This document shows positions 18,459-28,475 of a DNA stretch of 56,438 nt, piece after piece. The notes beneath the pieces were generated by a model, which saw only the letters and a program-made list of their open reading frames with translations, did not search any database and had not been told where the DNA came from. Position numbers and translations under genes: made by a program. Every line of letters starts with the position of its first letter. Position 1 is the first letter of the stretch. This DNA is from Dehalococcoidia bacterium (GTDB lineage Bacteria > Chloroflexota > Dehalococcoidia > GIF9 > AB-539-J10), in NCBI GenBank assembly GCA_014859205.1, contig JACUUR010000002.1, positions 1 to 56,438 of the forward strand, in the 5' to 3' direction.

Positions 18459-19784
18459 TCAACAACAGCCCGGCAATTCTCCAATAGCTCCCTCCGCCAT
18501 GGCATCGCCAATGGCCCTGACCAGAGCCTGCACAGTCCTGTCGATATCCTCTTCGGTGTGCGCAGCCGACAGTATGAACATCCTGCCCTGCTGCGAGTGA
18601 ATGCCATACTGGAGAAGGTACATGCCGAGTTTGTGCTTCTCCTCGCTTCCGGCCAGAAGCTTCCTGCTGTCCATGGTGGGCGGATTCCCGGCGGTATCCA
18701 CCTCAAAGTCAACAGGACCGAAATAGACATGGATAATGGACCTGCCGTAGAGGCGCCAATTGTATCGGCACTTCCGCAGTGCCTCATTGCCGGCCCGCCG
18801 CATGTAGGCCCCAGTCTCATTCACCCTTCTCTGAACCGAGCCGTCCTTGAGCAGCCTGCAGGCGGCGACACCGGCCGCGCAGACGATGGGCATCGCGTTC
18901 CAGGTGCCGGAGTGGCGGATCCAGCGCGCAGGCGGAAACCCGGGGGTCAACATGCCCATGACCTCAGCCCGACCGGTCAGCGCCCCGGCGGGCATTCCCC
19001 CCGCCACGCACTTGCCCAGCGAGGTCAGGTCGGGCTTCAGTCCCATCAGGCCGGCCCAACCACCGGGGCCGTCACGGAAGCCTGTAACCACTTCGTCCAG
19101 AAGCCAGACAGTGCCATGTTCCCCAGCCATGGGACCCAGGGCGCGGATGAAATCAGGCTGCCAGGGTACCTGGCCAGCCATATGGGCGCCGCCGGCCTCG
19201 GTGAGCACCGCGGCGAACTGCCGCGTGGCCAGTTCATCCTCCAGCACCTTGAGGTCATGCGGAGGTATAATCCTGGTCTTGGTGTCAACGGCGCCCGGTG
19301 CATGTGGAGCCACCAGTTCGTCCGCCCAGCCGTGGAAGTTCTCCTCGAACCTGAGGACTGCAGTTCTGCCGGTGAAGGCACGGGCAATCCTGATGCCCAT
19401 CATGTTGGCTTCCTGCCCGCAGGCAAAGAACTCAACCCTCTCCGCATTCGGCACCATGCTCTTTATCAACTCGGCCCACTCGATCTCCAGTTGATGCGAG
19501 GCACTGTACAGTGTGCCCTTAGCCGCCTGTTCCTGAATCGCCTTCACTACGGCCGGATGGCAATGGCCCAGTATCAAGGCACCATGCCCGTTTCTGAACT
19601 CGATATATTCGTGCCCATCCACATCCCAGATCCTGGAGCCCCGAGCATGAGTCATATAAGGACCAAACGGCTCCCACATACGGCCGACATGCGTAACTCC
19701 TTTTGCCGCAAAGTGCTGGAGCGCCCTTTCGTGAAGCTGCTTTGATCTTGGATGTGACCTAATGTACTCGTCGATGACTGTCAT
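18459..19784 (-). CDS. Class III PLP-dependent aminotransferase (glutamate-1-semialdehyde aminomutase-like)
   Basis: 441 aa. LDEVVTGFR and PDLTSLGKCVAGGMP (PLP lysine) motifs. Confidence 0.8.
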   Translation of the reverse strand: MTVIDEYIRSHPRSKQLHERALQHFAAKGVTHVGRMWEPFGPYMTHARGSRIWDVDGHEYIEFRNGHGALILGHCHPAVVKAIQEQAAKGTLYSASHQLEIEWAELIKSMVPNAERVEFFACGQEANMMGIRIARAFTGRTAVLRFEENFHGWADELVAPHAPGAVDTKTRIIPPHDLKVLEDELATRQFAAVLTEAGGAHMAGQVPWQPDFIRALGPMAGEHGTVWLLDEVVTGFRDGPGGWAGLMGLKPDLTSLGKCVAGGMPAGALTGRAEVMGMLTPGFPPARWIRHSGTWNAMPIVCAAGVAACRLLKDGSVQRRVNETGAYMRRAGNEALRKCRYNWRLYGRSIIHVYFGPVDFEVDTAGNPPTMDSRKLLAGSEEKHKLGMYLLQYGIHSQQGRMFILSAAHTEEDIDRTVQALVRAIGDAMAEGAIGELPGCC

Positions 19785-19854
19785 GGCCGTGCCTTACTCC
19801 CCGGTCCAGTTAGTCGCAGCTATCGTGTCACAGAACGTGGCCCCGCCGTGCTAA

Positions 19855-20496
19855 CTAGCCCGACTGCCAGGTTACGTCGCCACACAGGCCGGGACCATGA
19901 TGTCGAGAGGCGAAGATAGCAAACGCCTCTTTCTCGGTCTTCAACAAGGTCGGTTCCCCGTGCCCGGGGTGTATCTGAGTGTCGTCCGGCAGCGGGAATA
20001 TCTTCGCGGTGATGGACTCAACTATCTGCCTGAAATCCGCCGGGGAGTTAGTCCTGCCCGGTCCGCCGGGAAAGATGGTGTCGCCCGAGAGCAGGAAGCG
20101 GCCAATCCTGAAGCACAGACTACCCGGGGTGTGCCCCGGGGTATGCAGCACGGCCAGTTCAAGCTCTCCTAACCTGACCGTGTCACCATCACCGAGCAAT
20201 ATCTCCGGCGGCGGCATGAGCACGGATGCGTCTGCAACGTGGGCCGCCAGAGGGACGTCCAGCTGAGATCGCAGCTGGGCAAGGGCACCGATATGATCAA
20301 GGTGGCTGTGGGTCAAGAGTACGTATCTCGGGATATTGCCTCCAAGTGCAGCCAGGATCGTGTCCGCCTGCGCGGGCGCATCTACCACCGCGGTCTCACG
20401 GGTCTGTCTACAGGTCACTATATAGGCGTTAGTGCCGAAAGGACCCAGCACAAGCTTCTCGATACCGACAGCATCGTCTTCAGCCAGGATGGTCAT
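19855..20496 (-). CDS. MBL-fold metallo-hydrolase (glyoxalase II-like)
   Basis: 213 aa. THSHLDH (HxHxDH), HTPGHTPGS and a C-terminal HPGHG. Confidence 0.8.
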   Translation of the reverse strand: MTILAEDDAVGIEKLVLGPFGTNAYIVTCRQTRETAVVDAPAQADTILAALGGNIPRYVLLTHSHLDHIGALAQLRSQLDVPLAAHVADASVLMPPPEILLGDGDTVRLGELELAVLHTPGHTPGSLCFRIGRFLLSGDTIFPGGPGRTNSPADFRQIVESITAKIFPLPDDTQIHPGHGEPTLLKTEKEAFAIFASRHHGPGLCGDVTWQSG

Positions 20497-20620
20497 AGTC
20501 CACCGCTACCTCATTAGGATAGCCAACGACCATTATAGCATGAGATAAAGGGCACCGAGCGCAAGCCAGGCGGGAGCATCTCGTTGACAGTGGGCCCGGG
20601 GCAGGCTAAAATGCCTCTCA

Positions 20621-21883
20621 GTGTACCACAAGGCTGTGCTCGGGAATGGCATGCGAATCATCACCAGTGCCATGCCCCACAGCCATTCAGTATGCCTGGT
20701 CATCCTGGTGGGTGCAGGCTCCTGCTACGAGAGCAACCATGAGGCCGGCATATCCCACTTCGCCGAACACCTGTTCTTCAAAGGCACTCAGAAACGACCC
20801 ACATTCAAGGAGATAACGCAGGCCATTGAAGGGGTTGGCGGCATCCTCAATGCCGGCACAGACAAGGAGATGACGATCTTCTGGTGCAAGGTTGCCAGTC
20901 CGCACTTCGACATCGCCCTCGACGTATTGTCGGACCTCCTGCTCAATTCACGATTTGATGAGAAAGAGATGGAACAGGAGCGGCGGGTCATCATCGAGGA
21001 GATCAACATGAACCTCGACATCCCTCAGCAGAGGGTGAATGCGCTCATAGATGAGCTATTATGGCCCGAACAACCGCTGGGGCGGGAGGTCATCGGATGC
21101 AAGGAGACCGTCTCCTCAATAACCAGGCAGCAACTGCTGGACCACGTTGCCCGCAGATACCAGCCCAGCAATACAGTAATCAGCATTGCGGGCAACATAC
21201 AGCATGATGAGGCCATGGCCCGCGTCGAGCCACTGTTCGAGAAGTGGGCTCCCGGGCAGATAACGACCGGCTATGAGGTCAACGATAATCAGACTGCACC
21301 CAGATTGCGAATAGAGTCCAAGGACATTGAGCAAGCACATATCTGCCTGGCTGTACACGGGTTTTCTCACTCTCACCTCAGGCGTTTTCCCCTGGACCTG
21401 CTCAGCACGGTGCTGGGCGGTGGAATGAGCAGCCGGCTGTTTACCGAGATAAGAGAACGCAAGGGATTGGCCTATGACATTCATAGCTATACGGAGCACT
21501 TTCTTAACTCGGGGGCATTCACCGTCTATGCCGGGGTTGACCCCGGGAAGGTGGAGACAACCGTGACCGCCATCATCGAGGAGATAGCCCAGGTCAAGCA
21601 GGGAGTCAGCGCCGACGAACTGACCAGGGCCAAGGAACTGTCCAAGGGAAGACTGTATCTGCGGCTTGAGGACAGCAGGAACGTGGCTCTATGGAATGGC
21701 AGTCAGGAACTGCTGTTAGACAAGATCCTGAGCGTCGACGATGTCATTGCCATTGTGGATGCTATTACCGCAGATGAGTTGAGAGACGTGGCCGAGGAGA
21801 TACTGACGGACAGCGGGCGCAATCTAGCCATAACCGGGCCTGTCAGGGACGATGAGCCGTTAAGGCGGTTACTGCGAATATGA
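20621..21883 (+). CDS. M16 (pitrilysin/insulinase) family zinc peptidase
   Basis: 420 aa. Inverted zinc motif HFAEHLFFKGT (HxxEH) and the downstream EEIN glutamate region. GTG start. Confidence 0.85.
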   Translation: MYHKAVLGNGMRIITSAMPHSHSVCLVILVGAGSCYESNHEAGISHFAEHLFFKGTQKRPTFKEITQAIEGVGGILNAGTDKEMTIFWCKVASPHFDIALDVLSDLLLNSRFDEKEMEQERRVIIEEINMNLDIPQQRVNALIDELLWPEQPLGREVIGCKETVSSITRQQLLDHVARRYQPSNTVISIAGNIQHDEAMARVEPLFEKWAPGQITTGYEVNDNQTAPRLRIESKDIEQAHICLAVHGFSHSHLRRFPLDLLSTVLGGGMSSRLFTEIRERKGLAYDIHSYTEHFLNSGAFTVYAGVDPGKVETTVTAIIEEIAQVKQGVSADELTRAKELSKGRLYLRLEDSRNVALWNGSQELLLDKILSVDDVIAIVDAITADELRDVAEEILTDSGRNLAITGPVRDDEPLRRLLRI

Positions 21884-21893
21884 GCACAAAGCA

Positions 21894-21925
21894 GAGGACC
21901 GCCTGACGGCGGTCCTCCGTTTTGT
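21894..21925 (+). terminator. Rho-independent terminator between convergent M16 peptidase and groEL
   Basis: GAGGACCGCC-TGAC-GGCGGTCCTC is a perfect 10-bp stem followed by CGTTTTGT. The reverse strand has a weaker T tract. Confidence 0.6.
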
Positions 21926-21944
21926 CAGCGCAATCTGCGGCTGT

Positions 21945-23567
<1,623 letters not shown>

Positions 23568-23584
23568 TCAGTTACCTCCTTTTG

Positions 23585-23875
23585 CTAACTCTTCTTGGCC
23601 AGGATATCACCTTCACGCATGATAACCAGTTCTTCACCATCTAGCTTGAACTCAGTGCCCGCATATTTCGAGTAGATAACCTTGTCGCCCTTCTTAACAT
23701 CCATGGCTATGCGCTTGCCGTCCTCGGTCAACCTGCCCGGGCCAGCGGCGATTATCTTCCCTTCCTGAGGCTTCTCCTGAGCCGTATCCGGTAGCACTAT
23801 CCCCCCCTTGCTCACCTCTTCCTTGGGGGTGGGTTTTATGACTACCCTGTCGCCCAAAGGTTCTATTTTAGGCAT
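23585..23875 (-). CDS. groS: Co-chaperonin GroES (Cpn10)
   Basis: 96 aa. [10 protein letters not shown]...[24 protein letters not shown], located 17 nt upstream of groEL. Confidence 0.95.
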   Translation of the reverse strand: MPKIEPLGDRVVIKPTPKEEVSKGGIVLPDTAQEKPQEGKIIAAGPGRLTEDGKRIAMDVKKGDKVIYSKYAGTEFKLDGEELVIMREGDILAKKS

Positions 23876-23899
23876 GTTCCCTCCTTTCTCAGATATATA

Positions 23900-23926
23900 T
23901 TAGCACTCTGCCCATGAGATTGCTAA
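23900..23926 (-). promoter_or_regulatory. CIRCE operator (HrcA binding inverted repeat) in the groES leader
   Basis: TTAGCACTC-N9-GATTGCTAA against the consensus TTAGCACTC-N9-GAGTGCTAA (one mismatch). It lies between the predicted -10 box and the groES start. Confidence 0.8.
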
Positions 23927-23931
23927 CCGTC

Positions 23932-23960
23932 ATTATAACAAGAAAACAAAAAAATGCAAA
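23932..23960 (-). promoter_or_regulatory. Sigma-70-like promoter for groES-groEL
   Basis: The minus strand reads TTGCAT-16 nt-TATAAT (or TTTGCA-17 nt-TATAAT) immediately upstream of CIRCE. Confidence 0.5.
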
Positions 23961-23990
23961 CAGAATCCGGTCTCACTCGGCGGATTCATG

Positions 23991-24019
23991 TTGCATTGTT
24001 ACACGCAACCGTGTATAAT
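23991..24019 (+). promoter_or_regulatory. Sigma-70-like promoter for the XRE regulator; predicts a leaderless or near-leaderless mRNA
   Basis: TTGCAT (23991-23996), 17-nt spacer, TATAAT (24014-24019). The ATG at 24028 is only 8 nt past the -10 box and has no SD. Confidence 0.5.
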
Positions 24020-24027
24020 GCCAGGCA

Positions 24028-24267
24028 ATGCAGCCAGAGAAGAGACGCAGAAAACAATGGAGCAGCGACGAAATCAGGGCCCTGAGGCAGCACCTGAACC
24101 TGACCCAGACAAAGCTGGCCCAGGAGTTGGGGACACGCCAGCAGACGATAAGCGAGTGGGAGCAGGGCATGTATCGCCCCCGAGGAGCATCCGCTACCCT
24201 GCTCAGCATAGTCGCTGAGCGCAGCGGCTTCAGCTACACGACCGGACAGAAACAAGATGGTGCGTAG
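24028..24267 (+). CDS. XRE-family helix-turn-helix transcriptional regulator
   Basis: 79 aa. LTQTKLAQELGTRQQTISEWEQG is a canonical Cro/C1-type HTH. Confidence 0.7.
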   Translation: MQPEKRRRKQWSSDEIRALRQHLNLTQTKLAQELGTRQQTISEWEQGMYRPRGASATLLSIVAERSGFSYTTGQKQDGA

Positions 24268-24357
24268 CAGAACGGCCGCCCCGCTATCTCCACGATCCAT
24301 GGCCGTATTCCCGGATTGAGGCCGCCGGTGCAAGGCACCACTTGATCTATTTCGCCC

Positions 24358-25677
24358 ATGGCTACACGAAAACGGATAGAGCTCACTGAAAGGCAGGTAG
24401 CGGTGGTGTGGCAGCAGATAGTGGGACGGAACTTGGCCTGCACCGGAGATGAGCCGATCAAGGTAATCTACCCGGGCAGGGCCAACGGCGACAAGGGGCC
24501 TGATTTCCGGGATGCAGTTATCAGGCAGCAATCCAGCCTGGCCAGAGGTGACGTAGAGGTTCATGTCAGGTCCAGCGACTGGTATGGGCACGAACACCAC
24601 GCCGACGCCGAGTACAATGATGTCATCCTCCATGTAGTGATGTGGCACAACTGCAACTCGATCACCCTGCTGCAGAGCGGCAGATCGGTGCCCGTCCTAT
24701 CCCTAAGTCAGGCACTACAACACCAAGCTTATCTGCTGCCTCATAGGCTGGCCTGCTTCCAGACACCTGGCCAGCCCGACAGGAAGCGTCTGCTCGGTTC
24801 TCTGAGTTCTGCCGGTGAAGAAAGATTCAGGCATAAGGCAGCACGTTTCCGGGAGGATCTCGTTGGCCTGACCGCGAGGGAGGAGGCGGGGCAGGTGCTG
24901 TTCCGGGGCATGATGAGGGCTCTGGGCTACGCCAAGAATACAAGTCCCTTTGAAGAGCTTGCCGACAGAATGCCGCTCAAAGGTCTGGAGGCTGGACAGG
25001 GTCTGGCCGTCAAACAAGCCTTGTTGTTGGGCACAGCCGGCCTATTGCCCTCACAGAGATGGCCTGACGAAAGCGTCAGCGCCCCGGAAGTCCAGAAGCT
25101 GGAGCAGACCTGGCGATCAGCGCGTGAGAGCCTTAGGACCATGAGCAAAGAGGACTGGAACCTATCCCATATATACCCCAACAACTCTCCTGTCCGGCGC
25201 ATCATCGCCCAGAGCCATCTCCTTGAGCGCTACCGCAAAGACGGCCTGCTCACTGCGATGATCGACCTCGTCATGAAGACGCCGCTGCCCAAGGGACAAC
25301 ATACACTGGAGAATGGCCTGACTGTGGCCGGCCGTGGATACTGGCGGGACCACTTCGATTTCGCCGCCAGAAGCAGAACAAGGATGTCGGCCCTGCTGGG
25401 AAACAACAAGGCCCGCGAACTCGCGGTGAACGTGGCCCTGCCCTTTGCCTACTCGTGGGGGCAGCTAACCGGGGAGACGGGTCTGGCCGAGAGAGCCCTG
25501 GAAGTCTACCGCAGTTATCCGCGGTTGACCGATAACTGTATAACGCTTCACATGAAGAAGCAGTTCGGCCTGGAAGGGCCCTCTGGCCTCACCGCGTGCC
25601 ATCAGCAGGGTCTCATTCATATCTTCAGGTGCTACTGTCGCGAGGGGAGATGCTCGCAGTGTCCTCTAGTCGCTTGA
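24358..25677 (+). CDS. DUF2851 family protein
   Basis: 439 aa. PGRANGDKGPDFRDAVI...GDVEVHVRSSDWYGHEHHADAEYNDVILHVV matches the DUF2851 signature as I recall it. Cys-rich C-terminus CYCREGRCSQCP. Confidence 0.6.
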   Translation: MATRKRIELTERQVAVVWQQIVGRNLACTGDEPIKVIYPGRANGDKGPDFRDAVIRQQSSLARGDVEVHVRSSDWYGHEHHADAEYNDVILHVVMWHNCNSITLLQSGRSVPVLSLSQALQHQAYLLPHRLACFQTPGQPDRKRLLGSLSSAGEERFRHKAARFREDLVGLTAREEAGQVLFRGMMRALGYAKNTSPFEELADRMPLKGLEAGQGLAVKQALLLGTAGLLPSQRWPDESVSAPEVQKLEQTWRSARESLRTMSKEDWNLSHIYPNNSPVRRIIAQSHLLERYRKDGLLTAMIDLVMKTPLPKGQHTLENGLTVAGRGYWRDHFDFAARSRTRMSALLGNNKARELAVNVALPFAYSWGQLTGETGLAERALEVYRSYPRLTDNCITLHMKKQFGLEGPSGLTACHQQGLIHIFRCYCREGRCSQCPLVA

Positions 25678-25722
25678 ACAAGCCGGAGCGAACCCCGGAG
25701 TCAGAATCGATGACAGCATGAT

Positions 25723-25751
25723 TTGACAAAGTCTCAGATACCCGCTAAGAT
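25723..25751 (+). promoter_or_regulatory. Candidate sigma-70-like promoter of the ldh/2-oxoacid oxidoreductase leader
   Basis: TTGACA (25723-25728), 17-nt spacer, TAAGAT (25746-25751). About 200 nt upstream of the start codon. Confidence 0.4.
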
Positions 25752-25908
25752 GCCAGCGGAGGGCAATTCCGTGTCAGGGAGCGACATGTCAACACACGTT
25801 CCTTGACATGCTACCGTATGCAATCAGGGATTGTTTCCGGGGTGGTCATTATCACATTAGCAGCCGGGATGAGACTGGTGTCCATCCCGGCGATAGATGT
25901 GCCAATAG

Positions 25909-25942
25909 GGGGTCTCCATTATCTGGAGACTCCTAGTTTTTT
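25909..25942 (+). terminator. Intrinsic terminator-like hairpin 10 nt upstream of the ldh RBS (candidate attenuator)
   Basis: GGGGTCTCCA-TTATC-TGGAGACTCC is a 10-bp stem with one G-U pair, followed by TAG and then TTTTTT (25937-25942). AGGAGG at 25952-25957, TTG start at 25964. Confidence 0.55.
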
Positions 25943-25963
25943 GTCAGGCACAGGAGGTAGGAG

Positions 25964-27091
25964 TTGAACGACATCCAGAAGAAGCTAATCGAGTACCTTG
26001 AGTCGGAGCACAAGTTCACCCAGATGGTGCTCTGGAACGACGAGAGGCTGGGGCTGCAGATAAGCATCATCGTGGATGACACGACGCTGGGCCCCGGCAT
26101 CGGCGGGACGAGGTGGCGGCCGTTTCCCACCAGAACAGAGGCCCTCGTCGATAACAGCCGCCTGGCCAGGGACATGACACATAAGCTGGCCATGGCCTTG
26201 GGAGAGGATACGGAGCTGGCGCAGGCCGGCGTTGGTTTCGGCGGGGGTAAGGCGGTGATCAGCGGCGAGCCGACCAGGGATAGGGGCAAGCGAAAGGAAC
26301 AACTGACGGCTTACGCGCAACTGATAAACAGCCTGGGCGGCAGGTACGTCACCTCGATCGATGTGGGAACGACCGTGGAAGACATGATAATGATGAAAGA
26401 GGTGACCAAGTGGGTGGCGGGACTGCCCCACGAGATGGGGGGCAGCGGCGATCCCTCGCCGGCCACGGCCATGGGGGTGGTGTGGGGGATGAAGGCCTGC
26501 CTGGAAGCGGTGTTCGGCACGCAGTCCTTCAAGGATAGGACCATCGCCATACAGGGGATAGCGGGCAAGGTGGGCAGCAGTTTGGCCAGGATGCTTGCCT
26601 CCGAGGGAGCAATACTGCTCGGTTCGGACATCAACGAGGCGGGCGCTCAGCAGGTAGCCAAAGAGGTCGGCGCCAGGCTGGTTCCCTCAGACCAAATACA
26701 CCACCAACAATGCGACATCTTCTCCGCCAATGCTTACGGCGGCGTACTCAACGACGACACAATTCCTCAGCTCAGGTGCCGAATCGTGGCTGGCGCGGCC
26801 AATAACCAGTTGTGGGAACCCCGAAAACACGCGGCAATGCTGCACGACAGGGGCATTCTGCATGCCCCCGAATTCTGGATAAACGGCGGAGGGGTGATAA
26901 ACGTTGCCCATGAGTTTCATCCGCAGGGATACTCTCAGGACAGGGCATTTGCCGACATAAAGAGGATCTATAACCGGGGCAAGGAGATGATTGAGACTTC
27001 CCGGAAGGACAAGATTTCACTGTACATGGCCGCAATGAAACTGGCTGAAGAGAGAGTGAGAAGAGCCAGAGACGGTAAGACAGCCAGCTAG
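25964..27091 (+). CDS. Leucine/valine/phenylalanine dehydrogenase family (Glu/Leu/Phe/Val DH)
   Basis: 375 aa. DDTTLGPGIGGTRW and GFGGGKAVI (catalytic Lys) motifs, NAD Rossmann IQGIAGKVGSSLA. TTG start with AGGAGG 6 nt upstream. Confidence 0.85.
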   Translation: MNDIQKKLIEYLESEHKFTQMVLWNDERLGLQISIIVDDTTLGPGIGGTRWRPFPTRTEALVDNSRLARDMTHKLAMALGEDTELAQAGVGFGGGKAVISGEPTRDRGKRKEQLTAYAQLINSLGGRYVTSIDVGTTVEDMIMMKEVTKWVAGLPHEMGGSGDPSPATAMGVVWGMKACLEAVFGTQSFKDRTIAIQGIAGKVGSSLARMLASEGAILLGSDINEAGAQQVAKEVGARLVPSDQIHHQQCDIFSANAYGGVLNDDTIPQLRCRIVAGAANNQLWEPRKHAAMLHDRGILHAPEFWINGGGVINVAHEFHPQGYSQDRAFADIKRIYNRGKEMIETSRKDKISLYMAAMKLAEERVRRARDGKTAS

Positions 27092-27184
27092 GAGAGGCGG
27101 CCCCGAACTCGCGCTGTCCCTCTGGCGGTTCCTGCGGAAGGCAGGAGCCAGGCGATCAGAAGACTTCAAGACAGGGCTGATGCT

Positions 27185-27418
27185 ATGCCGAGAGGAGCGA
27201 TAATAGTTGATAAGGAACGGTGCAAGGGTTGCGGGCTATGCCTGGTTTTCTGCCCCCAAGACGTGCTCGCCTTTTCGGGAGAGCACAACCGCAGCAGCTA
27301 CGATGTGGTTTGCATGAAACATCCCGAACAATGTACCGGCTGCGGATTCTGCGCCCAGACATGTCCCGACATAGCGATTGAGGTCTACCGGCAGAAGAAG
27401 CCTAAGGATGGGAGCTGA
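27185..27418 (+). CDS. 2-oxoacid:ferredoxin oxidoreductase delta subunit (2x[4Fe-4S] ferredoxin)
   Basis: 77 aa. CKGCGLCLVFCP and CTGCGFCAQTCP motifs. Confidence 0.8.
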   Translation: MPRGAIIVDKERCKGCGLCLVFCPQDVLAFSGEHNRSSYDVVCMKHPEQCTGCGFCAQTCPDIAIEVYRQKKPKDGS

Positions 27419-28475
27419 TACCATAGACAAAGTCCTGATGACGGGGAATGAGGCCATGGCCGAGGCGGGCATCCGCGCCGGCTGCCGGGCCTATTTCGGC
27501 TATCCCATCACGCCGCAGAATGAGCTTCTGGAGTATATGTCAGCCCACATGCCGCAGGCAGGTGGGGCCTTCATCCAGGCAGAGAGCGAGATCGCGGCCA
27601 TCAACATGTGCTACGGTGCCTCGGCTGCGGGCGTGCGCACAATGACTTCATCATCGAGCCCCGGGATCAGCCTGAAGATGGAGGGGATATCCTATATTGC
27701 CGGCGCCGACCTGCCCTGTGTCATCGTCAATGTAGTGCGCGGCGGCCCGGGCCTGGGCAATATTGCCCCGGCCCAGGGCGATTACTTCCAGGCAACCAAG
27801 GGAGGAGGACACGGCGACTACCGCATGATAGTACTAGGTCCCTCAACCATACCGGAGGCTACTGAGCACGTAATGCTGGCCTTTGAACTGGCGGACAAGT
27901 ACCGGGGCCCGGTGATGATTCTGGCCGATGGGATGCTTGGACAGATGATGGAGCCGGTTGTCCTACCGAAACCCGTCGACCCGGCCACATTGCCGGCCAA
28001 GCCATGGGCTCTCACAGGCGCTAAGGGAAGAGAGCCCAATATCGTTACCAGCTTCTACCTGGACCCCGAAGAGCTCAACATGATGGACGTCAAGCGCGAG
28101 AGTCGATATCGGCAGATAGAGGAGCAGGAGGTGCGCTACGAAGAGCACGAGACTGCTGATGCCACCGTTGTCATCGCAGCCTACGGCTCTGTGGCCCGGA
28201 TCGCCAGGACCGTGGTGAAGATGGCCAGAGGCGAAGGGATCAAACTCGGCCTGCTGCGGCCGATCAGTCTGTGGCCCTTCCCTTATGCGCCGCTGCGTGC
28301 CATCGCCGATCGTGTCGACGCCATCCTTACCGTGGAGATGAACGCAGGCCAGATGGTGGAGGACGTGCGCCTGGCGGTAGCCGAGCGAGCTCAGACCCCA
28401 TTCTACGGCGTGCTCGGCGGCCTGGTACCCACCCCCAAGGATATCCTCAGAGAGGTGAAGCGCTATGCCGGTTAG
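27408..28475 (+). CDS. 2-oxoacid:ferredoxin oxidoreductase alpha subunit
   Basis: LMTGNEAMAEAGIRAGCRAYFGYPITPQNE N-terminus. ATG at 27408 overlaps the delta-subunit stop. The track start at 27378 is probably an extension. Confidence 0.85.
   Translation: MGADTIDKVLMTGNEAMAEAGIRAGCRAYFGYPITPQNELLEYMSAHMPQAGGAFIQAESEIAAINMCYGASAAGVRTMTSSSSPGISLKMEGISYIAGADLPCVIVNVVRGGPGLGNIAPAQGDYFQATKGGGHGDYRMIVLGPSTIPEATEHVMLAFELADKYRGPVMILADGMLGQMMEPVVLPKPVDPATLPAKPWALTGAKGREPNIVTSFYLDPEELNMMDVKRESRYRQIEEQEVRYEEHETADATVVIAAYGSVARIARTVVKMARGEGIKLGLLRPISLWPFPYAPLRAIADRVDAILTVEMNAGQMVEDVRLAVAERAQTPFYGVLGGLVPTPKDILREVKRYAG

Noticed and set aside
18456-19745. 429-aa plus-strand ORF covering almost the whole aminotransferase locus
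   Set aside because: It is a GC-driven antisense shadow ORF. It is Arg/Pro/Gly-rich with no recognisable motif. The minus-strand frame has the class III aminotransferase signatures, including the PLP lysine (SLGKCVAGG).
23986-24648. 220-aa minus-strand ORF spanning the XRE gene and the start of DUF2851, and the 76-aa plus-strand ORF at 23988-24218
   Set aside because: Neither has motifs. The 24028 frame encodes a clear Cro/C1 HTH and is served by a near-consensus promoter.
25836-25850. GGGGTGGTC resembling the T-box core (GGGUGGUACC) in the ldh leader
   Set aside because: It lies about 70 nt upstream of the terminator instead of forming its 5' shoulder. The match is partial, and I could not identify a specifier-loop or stem-I architecture.
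25808-25936. 42-codon ORF in the ldh leader whose TAG stop lies in the terminator 3' arm (possible leader peptide)
   Set aside because: It has no SD upstream of its ATG and no run of Leu/Val/Ile regulatory codons, so it is probably coincidental. I left it as a note rather than a feature.
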